From Amoebophrya sp. A120 (lineage: Eukaryota > Protista > Dinoflagellata), in contig CAJINV010000006.1 in the NCBI GenBank assembly GCA_905178155.1, positions 852,872 through 916,871 of the forward strand: a stretch of DNA of 64,000 nt, written 5' to 3'. Under the pieces are notes generated by a model, which had not been told where the DNA came from, made no database searches, and saw nothing but the letters and a program-made list of their open reading frames with translations. A program made the translations under genes and the position numbers. Numbering within the stretch: position 1 is the stretch's first letter; every line of letters starts with the position of its first letter. Positions 12,001 to 22,514 of this stretch are shown here, one piece after another.

Positions 12001-14244
12001 GTCCCCATCTTCCCGTAGTCAAGTTGCGAACTCTGCAACACAAATCCAGGAGTTTTGGGAACCATGCATGACAAGTTCGTCTGTGTAGTGTAGTGCAGGT
12101 TAGCAGGGACATTCGCATCACAAACCCATCTCCTTATCCTGTTTACATCAGGATTACAAATACCAAAACACGATTGGAATAAATTCTTCTCATGTTGTAC
12201 TAGATGCGCAACAAATCGACTCCTGTCATTGCAAACCTGCATGACAACGATGGGGTCGTGGGGACGTTTTTAGAGAGGATAAGGGCCCGACTAGCGTCAC
12301 GATAAAGATGAAGGACAGCATGTGGACAGGCGCAACCAGTGGAACATCGGGCACCGTATCAGGATTATCACAACAACTCGGGTTATCTTCTGTTAAATCG
12401 GCGCAGTCCACAGATTCGTCCGGGGGTTCAGAAATGGACAGCGAAGGTAAAAGTTTGCTGAAAAAGAAGAAGAAAAAGACCACTACCGGGGGCTATGCAA
12501 AGAAAAAAGTGTTACGGTTACACATTGTGTTGCAGACCAAGCAAGAGAGGCAAGCTCTGTCATGCCGGATATGCATAGGAGCCTCGTTTCATAGGTGTTT
12601 TCCCGTAGGATTTCTGCATTACAAGTTTTCTCTCTCATGCAGAGAAATTTGTCTTGCTGAATTCACTACACATGTGTAACTGTAACACTTTTTTCGTGGG
12701 ATAGGAGCAAGAAAACGACCAGTAAAACATCAAAACTCAGCAGCAAAGCGGTTGGTTCTTTAGCGTCGGACTATCCTGTGCAAAAGCATCGTATTCGTAT
12801 TGCAATCATGCATTACAAATCTTTTTGTTAAGTCAAATCCGCATTACAAATCTTATTTCTCATGCTGAGGAAATTTGTAATGCATTTATACGAGTACGAT
12901 ACTTTTGCAGTTCATACGGATGCTTCTCAAGCAACGACTGAGTCTTCCGGCAGTGCGGAGGAAAGTGGTGCGGAAGACTCAGAGGGAACGGGATTGCTTG
13001 GCGGAACAACTAAAACGAAAAAAAAGAAAAAGATCGTGCACAAGAAGAAGCCCAGCGTGAAGCCAAAAACTACAGCTGCATCCGGCACCGCTTCTTCGGA
13101 GGAAAGCGGGGGCGAGGAGGATTCCCATTCCCATTCGGGGTATCAAATGTAAAAGTGTCTGGGTCTGGAAGAGTGGAAGGCTTGTCATGCTTGTCTGGCA
13201 TGACCCATGATGCTTGTAACGCATGACCCAGCATCACAGATTTTTGGAAAGCTTCCTGATGCCATTTCCGCATGACAAATGCCCTCCTCGTGTAGCACAA
13301 ACGTGGCTCCTCTTGCTGGTCATGCAATACAGATTTTTTTAGAGTCCAAAGTTAGCATCACAAGTTCCAACTTTCCAGACCCAGACATTTTTACATTTGA
13401 TACGGGGGAGAGTGCGGGAAAGAAGAAAAAAATCACCAAGAAGGGAGCCACAACAAAGAAGAAGAAAACCGAAAATAAGGGGCCGCAAACCGCACAGGTA
13501 GAATACCCAGACACCGGTCCTGAACCAACAGGGTATACCCCCGGGCCCCCGGAACTCACACCGCAAGAAGTGATGATGAGGGAAGCCGTATCCTGAGTAA
13601 AAACGTCACAACCCCAGAGTTAAGATGGGAAATCTGCTACACAAATCAAGAAGCTTTGGTTGTTGTGCATGACAAAGTAAGGAAGTTCTTGGGCATGCAC
13701 TGTAATCGCTCGTCTGTAGCTAGTGTAGAAGCTGCATCACTGATCTAGCACATCATGCTGATTCGAGCATCACGAATCTCAAAACACTTCTAGAAATTGC
13801 TTCTCATGTGTCTGCTCTGCATGAGAAACATTTTAAGCATACAGATTTGCATTACAGATTACAACTCTGGGCTGGGGACGTTTTTGCACGGGATAAGCCG
13901 AGAAGGCGTTGCAGCACATCGGCTTCGGGAAGGGGACGGCGAAAAGGATAGCGTACGCGATGGCGACCACAGATGACGGCGAGAACGGAATGAAACTCAC
14001 GGACAGCGAGAAGCAAATCGCGGTTAAAGGGTTCACCGATACGGCGAAACCGGGTGGGAAGAAGAAGGTCTACAAAATCGACAATTTGAAAGACCTGGTG
14101 GACACGTTAGTCGCGGAAAAGCCGGAGTTTTTCGCGAACTCGCTGAAGCCCGAGTCGAGGATGGGGAATAAAAAACAAGGCGGGGAAACTGGGAAGAATA
14201 ACAAGCAGGTCATGAGCCTGCTGGAGTCGACTTTCAACGCATAA
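1..14244 (+). CDS. Large thrombospondin type-1 (TSP1) repeat single-pass membrane protein, 5'-truncated by the window edge, split by 38 introner-type introns
   Basis: Spliced reading gives repeated TSP1 units (CPVDCLLSEWS..CTADCGGG, CPVHCELSSWADWSDCSQTC, CPIDCQLGEW, CAQDCEVSPW), a Thr/Ser-rich stalk, a hydrophobic helix (WLIVLLLLLICPLCGGGAYMML, ~4046-4111) and a long charged tail ending ..ESTFNA* (TAA 14242-14244). Elements: <1-209, 520-840, 943-1203, 1267-1527, 1950-2217, 2590-2857, 2928-3183, 3290-3568, 3624-3888, 4166-4318, 4384-4663, 4726-5046, 5115-5375, 5417-5639, 5716-5972, 6057-6347, 6404-6558, 6605-6828, 6919-7068, 7150-7438, 7510-7771, 7831-8156, 8212-8489, 8652-8936, 8996-9212, 9428-9729, 9948-10234, 10312-10523, 10571-10822, 10899-11051, 11145-11352, 11449-11598, 11681-11902, 11985-12281, 12494-12703, 12772-12916, 13141-13402, 13589-13895. 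Confidence 0.88.
520..840. mobile_element. Introner family B representative (~321-326 bp)
   Basis: TIR TATCAAAGGGAAAAATCCCCCCTCCCCATA / TATGGGGAGGGGGGATTTTTCCTCTCAATA, flanked by CTTGA both sides. Other members: 4726-5046, 7831-8156, 50342-50663 (reverse orientation), 56676-56996, 58248-58573. Confidence 0.92.
2590..2857. mobile_element. Introner family A representative (most abundant, ~250-300 bp)
   Basis: TIR consensus TATCAAATGCAAAAATGTCTGGGTCTGGAA; CACGT direct repeat. Members include 943-1203, 1267-1527, 2928-3183, 7510-7771, 8212-8489, 13141-13402 (reverse), 17040-17314, 19169-19442, 36566-36842, 37725-37990, 40448-40725, 40837-41098, 44364-44627, 54848-55132, 57944-58205 (reverse), 63598-63862. 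Confidence 0.92.
3290..3568. mobile_element. Introner family C representative (~275-305 bp)
   Basis: TIR TATCCTGAGTAAAAACGTACCCACACCAGAG; GATGT direct repeat. Very similar 279-bp copy at 51806-52084. Others: 6057-6347, 7150-7438, 9948-10234, 11985-12281, 13589-13895, 55951-56235; reverse copies 36238-36512, 41158-41439, 50006-50287. Confidence 0.92.
4166..4318. mobile_element. Introner family D representative (~145-170 bp)
   Basis: TIR TAT..TGCAAAAGTATCGTACTCGTA; AGCGG direct repeat. Others: 6404-6558, 6919-7068, 10899-11051, 11449-11598, 12772-12916, 36923-37074, 37502-37663, 39651-39807, 40235-40386, 43597-43765, 43835-44001, 55725-55879, 57400-57544, 63904->64000. Confidence 0.92.
8996..9212. 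mobile_element. Introner family E representative (~215-250 bp)
   Basis: TIR TATG(A/G)CAGTGCACAACTCCCCCTCCCCCTC; GGAAT direct repeat. Others: 5417-5639, 11681-11902, 31385-31607, 37220-37435, 55463-55688, 56306-56555. Confidence 0.9.
9428..9729. mobile_element. Introner family H (~302-306 bp)
   Basis: TIR TATGGAACTGTCAGGATTGAAAT..; GTACA direct repeat; second member 57048-57353 in opposite orientation. Confidence 0.85.
10312..10523. mobile_element. Introner family F representative (~190-255 bp)
   Basis: TIR TAT(C/G)CAAGAAAAAAA(C/G)TGT; GGAGG direct repeat. Others: 6605-6828, 11145-11352, 12494-12703, 17384-17595, 18771-18976, 38880-39092, 44077-44291, 48813-49022, 52142-52349, 52355-52609, 52650-52874, 54003-54211, 54588-54778, 55177-55411. 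Confidence 0.88.
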
Positions 14245-15830
14245 ATTGTGTACTTACACGACGGGGAGGTTTCTTCAGTCTTGTTGTGGAAAGCCTTTCT
14301 GTTCCCTAGTACAAGACGCCGTCCTATAGTGTGTCACAAAAATAGTAAATAGAAACTCAAATTATCATTCTTTGAAATGTCCAATTTTTGTTTAAAGCAA
14401 TCAATCACAATCGATATGATCGAAGAAACCAAGAACCGGTAACATTTCCACGAAAATTAGCGCAGATGATGTCAGCACGCCCATGTGTGCGGGATGTGCT
14501 TCAACCTATTCTGCTTTAAACACGTTTATACTTCCTAGTTGCAACCACGTTGAGTCAAATGTTTCAAATGCTAATGCTTAAAGAAAAAATTCCACAAAAA
14601 TGTTTTGTATTCAGATTCACCCAGACTAAATCGAAAAAATATAGCGAAAAATATTGCACAGTAGCAGTACCTGTAGTACTGGCACGTAGTCCCGTTCCAT
14701 GCACCTGGTGGGATCGGGAAATTCACGTGAAAAAGCTGACTATCCTGAGAACATAGCAGCTTTTTATACAAACTTTTAATCGTAAATTTGCTTTACTACT
14801 TGACAATCGGAAAAATTTGCTTTCAATCGTATACAAATTTTTAATCGTAATTTGCGTTAATCACAACTTGCCCAGCAGAGCGACGTGGCGCGGTATTTCT
14901 AGCTGCGCGCCCGTTCTGAAATAAAAGGCAAGTAGAAACCTATCAGTTTATTCGTTATTTCGGAGAATTTGCACAGAATTCAGAACGATAAACGGAGAAT
15001 GCTAAATGCTATGTATGTTATGGATAGATGGTAGTAGTACCTACTATGTCCTCAGCGAGAAGAAGAATGAGAATACAGATTTTAGTGTTTCCAAGAAGAT
15101 GAAGAATGAACCTTTGCCACCACTGTACATAAGGCTATTAGAATTACAAGAAAAAAACACTTCTTTGTCGACAACTACATGTGTACCACCGCCAACATGA
15201 TATGTGCTTTGATTGTGCAAATCTAGTTTGGCATCTTGGAGTTCACACTATCCTTGACGCATCCCATCCATACACGACTTCTTACGACTCGTGCATAAAA
15301 TTTCTCCTCATCGCCATCATTTTTTCATCGTGCAACGATCGTTCAAATCGTGCAGCAGTAGCTCGTGTGCTCAGACCGCTTGTTGCACTTTGGTCAAAAT
15401 CTATCGTCCTGCTTTGTCGCATTCTTTTCGTCCTCTTTGTCGCGGTGCACGTTGAAGATCTGCTATGTTGGGCAATGAACTACACGGTGAGCTGTTGAGC
15501 CTAGTCCTAGACCTATTGGTAATTATTGTGCAACAATAAATCCGTTGTCGTTGATCTTCATCTTTATTCACAGGTTCCTTCCAAGAGCAAGATTGGTGTG
15601 TCTCTTTGTAGTACCCAAGATTTGTTACAACAACTACGTACGTGTGGCAAGAAGTGTTGTTCTTTTCTAACGCTTAGACCTGCTACATAAGTAGGTAAGT
15701 ACATTCTTTTTTCGCAGGCCTAGCAGAAAAAAGAAGAACTTTCGCAGCCAGCCCACCTGGATCGTCGGTTCTTAACATTGTACTACGAAATTTTTCTGCT
15801 GGAGTTCTGGACGACCGGGCCGGCGTCGAA

Positions 15831-18800
15831 ATGAAACGTCCAAATTTATTGCGCAGTCCGGTCCCGAGGCGAGCGATGCGGCGCGCGCTGGTGTTGCCAT
15901 CTCTAGCGGCGCAGGGTCTGCGAATGCCTGGAAATAATGGGAGCAGCACTCCGACCGTGCACGGGGATAGTGAAAAACAGCCGCCAAGCACTCCTTCATC
16001 CGCGACGCCGCTTCTGCAGAAAGGTACAAACGTGAACAAGCGAAATGAAGTGGGAAGAACACAGAAAAGCTTGCCTCTGTTGAACAGGCGCAAGGGGAAG
16101 AAAAAATCGCTTCTTCAAGAAAAGGAATCAGCAACTACAGACACTGCAGCTCGTCCTGCTCAGGTCGTCCTGGCTACAGCATCAACTACTTCATTATCTT
16201 CTCCTGTTTATTCCGAAGCCAGAACTACCGCGGAGTCGGATGGAGATGAAAATCAATCCTTTACCGAAAGAACAAGACAAAAACAGTTCAAACTCGGCCG
16301 ATTGCCACCCACTCCAACGTTGGTCGCTGCCCATGCGACCGTCGCACCAACATCGACCGTCGAACCTTTACCCGCGCCAGCGAGAACCTTCTGGGAAAAC
16401 GAAGACTGCAACTACCACAGCGTGAAGTTCTCCATGATAACAGACACAAACGGCGACTTTCTCGAAAACCGATCGTTCGAAACCTACGTCACTCTTCCGA
16501 AAGGCGTTGGATTACTCCACGACAGTAAATTAGAATCATGGAAGCAACACAAGTTACACCGGGTCGTGATTATTCTCCAGCCGGAGTACACTAGAAACGT
16601 GTCGAAAAAACAAACGAAGGAAACCTGCAACGAGTGGGCAAAATGGTTCAAAAATGAGAATCCTTACGCAGATGTCACGGAAGATGGGCAAACCCATTTG
16701 ATCGTCCCGTATTTTCGCCCGGACACGGACTACGACATTGAACATCGGTATTTCATGTGGGGAAACGAACTAGAGGATACGCCGTACGGAGTCGACGGTT
16801 CTTTATTCCACGCCCACCACGGGCACAAATCGACCAACGCCGGGCTGCAGAAGACTTCGTTTGAAATTTTGGACCTGATGATCGAGAAACTAATCCCCCG
16901 GGTGAAAACTCAAATTTTGATCGTCGGCCAAGCGGGACAGCGGTATGCGATGATGAGCAATTTTGATGTATTTTCGTTACAAGACGAAGATTCGTCTACC
17001 CACGTCAACCGCATCGATATTCTTTTCGGGCAGGAGAATTATCAACTGCAAATATTTCTGGGCGTGGATGAACAAAGCGAATGCTTGTCATGCAGTTTTA
17101 GCATTTACGAGTGAATGCGGAATGTTCACAGAGCATGACAAAAAATTTAGCGAGGGCTTCTCCATGCCTCGGCTGCATGAGAAGTTCCCTCTGGTCCTCC
17201 TGGAGACAAAAAGCGGCGATCTTTTGCTGTGTTTAATAAATGCAACACAGATTTTTGTGTTGTCGAGACTCCGCATCACAAATTCCAGGCCCAGACTCAT
17301 ATTTGCATTCGATAAGAATTCCTACGGCTACTTGGATGCGAAAAGAACCACGGGAGACTGGAAACTAAAAAACTGCCGGGGCCTATCCAAGAAAAAAACG
17401 TTGTTAGTGTAAATTTGTGATGCGCAACATGCAAGACGATTGCGTCTGTCATGCTTGGTCTGCATCGTAGGGCCCATTAAAGGACGTTTTCACGTACTCT
17501 CTGCGCATGACAGGTTTTTGCTGTCATGCCAGACAAATTTGTAATGCTGTTCCTTCAAAAAAGTTACACGACCTACAATGTTTTTGTCTTGGATAGGGCC
17601 CGAACGAAAATAACGGGAAAAACAAGTGTGATCCACCAGGCGAAAATGATTGGACCGAAACGCTGAAACAAGAACTGCCGGAAACGGCGCAAGGTTCGAA
17701 TTTGCTGTACGCGTGGTTTTCCAAAACGAAAGAAGAAAAGTACGATTTCGCGGACAACGTGCTGCAGGGGGAGACGGAGAATTATTTGCTACAGCAGCTT
17801 CCACAATCAAAATACGCGTCTTCGACTTCTTCGTCAGGACTTGCACAAGAACCAGAGCAGTACCTCCACGAGCACGTTTTTCCCCGGTTCAAACTTCACT
17901 TCACTATCGATCCCAACGACCGCTGCACGGCACTGCACAAACACGAGCCGGAGGTTTTGGATGAAGTTTTCAAGAAGATTTACGACGACTCGAAGAAACT
18001 AAAGGATCACCATTCCGAGTGGCTGTACGAAAAGGGTTTCTGCACTACTGTATTACAATGAAAAATGCCGCCACCCCCGAACTTGGGAGCATTTGTATTG
18101 CAAACCTCTCCAAATGAAACATTCGCCCTCTTGCATCTATCAGCATCACAAATTTTCTATGCTGAATAGGCCAAATTTGTGTTGCGAAGTAGCCCAACAG
18201 CAGCCGGATCTCTTATGCACAAGGCACCTTGCGCACCCAGATTCTGCATCAGAAGCGCTCGCAATCCTTTTATGCAAGACAAAAAGCTTTCATTTGGAAA
18301 CTTTGCATGACAAACTTCTGCAAATTCCGGGGTGGGGGCACTTTTCACTGTAATAGACTGCCAGTAGTGCGTCGTTCTCCGCGAAGGAAACCGACGTTTC
18401 TAGACTGGCGTTTTCGCAGGGACTCCACCGGTTTCAGCGGGCGAAGGCCTGGGAGTTTTGGATGCGGGAGAAAGTGGATAAAATTGTCGACGATCTAGTT
18501 GATGTTCATCCGGAGATGAACTCTGAAGATGTTGCGGGTAAAAACAACATCAAAGACGAGTACTTGAGCAACAATTTCCAAGTGTACAACTGCGATCAGT
18601 ACATGAGCGGAAGTAAAAAATGTCGGCACAACCTGGACTTTATGAAACACCTTTTAGCAGCACCAGCACCAGCAGCTGCTGTGCCCGGGCAGGAAGAGGA
18701 CGAACAAATTCATGGTCTCCTCCGAACACAGGCAACGAAACTTACACCGGGCGGGATAATCAGCACACGATATGGAGAGAAAAAAGTTTGTCACAGTCAC

Positions 18801-20133
18801 TAACTTGCAGGGTTTGCATTACAAATTTTTTTAGCATCACAAAGTTTTCTTGTATTGCAGAAACACTAGGGAAATCCCTTATGAAGTTCGGCTGTGATGC
18901 ATTTTTACGCAAGACAGAAAGTTTTGTATTGCAAAAATGCGCATGAGTGATCGTGACGAACTGTTTTTGTTTGATACACGACCTGTCGTGTCAACTACGC
19001 CAGAACCTTCGGAGGTCGACTTGGCACTTCAATCGGCGACTAGAAAAATCGAATTTCTGAAAACAAAAGCCGACAACTCGTGACAAACCGCAATTACCGC
19101 ACAAGCAACCGCGGAGGAAGCAGCGCGTGAGGCTGAAAAGCAGAAACGAAGTGCGGTGGGAGAAAAACTATGCAGTAGAAAAATGTCTGGGTCTGGAAGG
19201 TTGGAACTTGTCATGCTAAATCTGAATCATGCAAAAGTCTGTGTTGCAGGATTACGATTACCAAATGCTGCCCGCTTTTGATCAAGTTGAGAGGCAGTTT
19301 CTCATGCAGGATAGGCATGATAGTGATCTCACGGAATCTGTCATCATGCTAGGTCCTCCACTACAGATCATATGGGTCATGGAAAACCTGCATGACAAGT
19401 CGAGCAAAGTTCCAGACCCAGTAGACATGTTTGCACTTGATAAAAACTAAACGCTCAATCTGGTTCCGTCACGGCCGCCGAGGCCGCGAAAAAAGCGGCT
19501 GAGAAAGCCGCGGACGCAGCAAGAGCGGCACTGATTGCGAAGGAGACCGCAGTCGGGGAAGAGGAGAAAGCCGTCGTTGCCGCGGGGAACGCGCGGGCAA
19601 CAGCGGAAGAAGCGAAGGAGATCGTCGCGAATCAACAGCCGAGCCTGGCAACCGCTGCCGCAGAGGTTTCTGCTTTGGCGGACCAAGCGGAGGACGCGAA
19701 AAATTCCGTGCAGACTGCATCGGCCCGAGCGACGCGAGCCTTTGTCGACGCGGATGCGGCTGCGGAAAAGGCAGCGACTATTTATGGCCCTCTCAGGTGT
19801 TACGGTCTCAAACGTTACATAAGAGAAATGCAGATTTGTGATGCAAAAGGTGCAACATGATCCGGCCTCTTCTCACAGAAATTATACGCATGACAAGTTC
19901 AGGAACCCAAAAACACCCCTAGAATCTTCCAGCGAAACCTGTAATGCGAAAAGCGCAAGTCTATGCATGGTACTCATGCTGTTCATGCAAGACAAATTCC
20001 AGATTCTATTCGTAATGCTTGAGATTGTAACACCTGAGCAAGCCATACGATTGCGGAGCAGAAACAAAAATACAAGGACGAAGAGGAGCAGGCGGCAAAA
20101 ATGGCACAGGAAGAACAGGGAGCTTTGGTATAA
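15831..20133 (+). CDS. Hypothetical protein with a degenerate alpha/beta-hydrolase-like domain and Ala/Glu/Lys-rich C-terminal region; in-frame TGA at 19081
   Basis: Long first exon, then elements 17040-17314, 17384-17595, 18051-18355, 18771-18976, 19169-19442, 19783-20047, each frame-restoring. Motifs SFEILDLMIEKL, ILIVGQAGQRYA, QGLHRFQRA, CRHNLDFM. Clear paralog at 30949-32094. True end is either 19083, 20133 or 20651. Confidence 0.7.
18051..18355. mobile_element. Introner family I (single copy here)
   Basis: TIR TATTACAATGAAAAATGCCGCCACCCCCG / CGGGGTGGGGGCACTTTTCACTGTAATA; TACTG/GACTG flanks. Confidence 0.85.
19783..20047. mobile_element. Introner family G representative (~245-265 bp)
   Basis: TIRs built on CTCAAACGTTAC / GTAAC..TGAG subrepeats; CTATT/CGATT flanks. 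Others: 35889-36135, 49760-50320 (with nested element), 54279-54529, 58616-59620 (with insertion), 63008-63262. Confidence 0.82.
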
Positions 20134-20309
20134 TTTTCATAGACTTGATGATGTTTATGTTCTTGCTACTGTAACTGTGTTAATCATAATCATGATGTGA
20201 ATTTACATTTAGGAACAACAACTTTTGATGTCTGCTCAAATTGAAAATACTAGTACATTGTGTCACTGATACGAAGTACAACTCAAGTTTATTCGGTTTT
20301 TCGCATGTG

Positions 20310-20651
20310 ATGAAAAAGGTCGCTACCACGCCGGTTGTTCCCGCTGAGGAGGGGGAGGAAGCAAAAGATGAATCCACAACGACGATTGCCGAGGGGAGCG
20401 GAGTCGTGGATGAAGATGAGAACAGTACAACTGTGCCTCCTGGCGTCAAATTTGGAGACCTTCAGGGGCACGCGGCACCGGCGGAGGCCATGCAGGAACA
20501 GGAAGCGACGGGAGCGGTTAAAATTGCGGGTGGGGGCGGGGAGGGAGGAAGTACGTTGCCTCCTCCGATGCTGGGGGCCCCAGCGATGCTGGGGTCCTCC
20601 GTGGAAAGCGGCGGAGACGAGGAGGAGGAGCAAGGAGCCGGCTGTTGTTAG
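20310..20651 (+). CDS. Acidic low-complexity coding segment ending GAGCC*, possibly terminal exon of the upstream gene
   Basis: Coding-like composition; a GT(20128)..AG(20318) intron would join it in frame to ..EQGAL. Confidence 0.4.
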   Translation: MKKVATTPVVPAEEGEEAKDESTTTIAEGSGVVDEDENSTTVPPGVKFGDLQGHAAPAEAMQEQEATGAVKIAGGGGEGGSTLPPPMLGAPAMLGSSVESGGDEEEEQGAGCC

Positions 20652-21617
20652 GTCGAGTAGAGATGAGGAAATAAAAATTGATGCCCGCGCGGCTGGGAAG
20701 CGGGAGTACTTTATTGCATGGCGAGGCCGGTATTCTTTCAGATTCTGAAGTATTCGAAATGAAAATTATTGTGCAAAGCAGTTTTTTTTTCCGATATTTC
20801 ATCGTCGAAACAACTTGTAGTGAACTTGAATATCTCTACTATTCTCCCGGCACGGTCCAATGTGTCGGTCTCCGACACTCCCAAGTAGCACCCATTCCTT
20901 CTATGATCCCAACACCACCCAATTTTTTGTTAGGAATCCCCAGCACGAGAAGAAGAAACTAGTTTGCTTGTATTTTTTGTAGGTAGATGATAATGTTCAT
21001 CTTGTTTGTCTTCGCGTACATTCCCCAGGTCGTGTGCAAAGAGTTTACGTTACGAACACCTCTCCTCAGCAGTAGAAAACGAGGCTTTCTGTCTCGCTCT
21101 CCAAAACAGGGACAGACACAGACGTTCAGCACTACAATTCCAGAAAACGAAAGTGAGTCGAACACGAAAGAATTGGCAAGCAATTCTAAATCTAATCGTC
21201 GCGGCAACCCCCAGATGGAGTTGTAAGTACCTCCCCCCAAGATCCGTCTGTCAACTTCCACGTGCATGAAGAAGAAAAAAGCACCATGGTGTTGAGCCGA
21301 AGAACCAGGCGAATCATTTTCATATTCGACTCAACATCAAGGTGCACGAAGATGCCATGATGGGCTATGGATAAGTACGCTTCTTCTTTCAGATGCACAT
21401 GCAGATGCGCATGAGTCAACGACAACGTCAGGCAGAGTTGTTGATTACCGCCCGCCGGAGGTACTAAGTACATCAGACCGTATACCTACATTCATTTGTT
21501 TCACTTGTTCCCTGCTCTCCGTCACCCGTAGGTACGCCAGTTGTTGCTTCCCCACTGTTTCGTGCAAAAGGATATTTATTACTCGGTGTCGTTGTACAGT
21601 CGGTTTTCGTTCGTTAT

Positions 21618-22358
21618 TTGTACACGACGAAAGTTGAAAAATCCTTGAGCATCGCACTCGAAGCACAAGCAGTCGCGGAGGACGCAGCAGAGCGTGCTGA
21701 ATATGCGAAGTGGTCGGCTGAGGTTAACCACAACAACACCGAGGCCGAAACCGATGCCGGTTACGCATGGCTTGAGGCTGGGAGGGCCGCGGAGTCTGCA
21801 TTGTGGGCGCGGAGGAAGAAAGAAACGGCGGTGCTTGCAGAGGAAAAAGCCGCCAGTGCAGCGTGGAATGCGGATCATGAATATGTATTGCAAATACCGT
21901 TGTCAGGAGCTGCACTTCTGGATTTGCGAGGCAAAATGTGAAGGAACACTACCATTAGATAATTTCCTGTGTTGCATTGATAGGAGTGTCGAGTTCTTTG
22001 GTCATGCTGTGAAACTCAGTTATTCACATACGTTTTTTTGGGATTGCAAGAACGTGCAATAAGTTTCAAAAATGAACGAAACAGGAGCTGATGTAGTTGC
22101 ACTGCCCCGCAAGCGGCTAGTCATAGTCTGCGATGCGACGAGTATCAGCATGATCACAAATGTTCTTGTCCACATCCACACAGGATATCGATATTTGCAT
22201 TGCATAGAAAAGCATGGAGAGCGAAATCGACGACGGCGGCATACATCGCCCGACAAATGGAAATGGAGGCACGGCATGCGGCTTGGTTGGCGGAAAACAA
22301 TTTGGAACCTGAGCCTGGTTACGGGTGGCAGAGCTACGAAGCACCTTATCCAGAGTAG
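21618..22358 (+). CDS. Small Ala/Glu/Trp-rich hypothetical protein or gene fragment, one degenerate introner (21882-22206)
   Basis: Removal of element + 5 nt gives ..AAWNADHE|AWRAKSTTAAYIARQMEMEARHAAWLAENNLEPEPGYGWQSYEAPYPE*, echoing the exon-1 motif AKWSAEVNHNNTEAETDAGYAW. Start codon not identified. Confidence 0.5.
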
Positions 22359-22514
22359 AGGCGCTCCTGCCCACGACACCGCGCACACTTGCTACGCGCT
22401 GCCAGGAAGAACATTTTCGGTTCCTCGTGCAAGAAATTTTATTGTAGCTTCCTTTCCTCGTCTTCGTCCAGCTCCAGTGCCAGGTGACGAAATGTCGTGA
22501 TTTTCAAACACGTA

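Noticed and set aside
520-13895. CRISPR-like repeat/spacer alternation
   Set aside because: Repeats are long, inverted, multi-family, and the spacers are exons of one eukaryotic gene; no cas genes.
14765-14855. Short direct repeat TATACAAA(C/T)TTTTAATCGTAA (also 15-bp tandem at ~28091-28120)
   Set aside because: Two copies only; likely local slippage.
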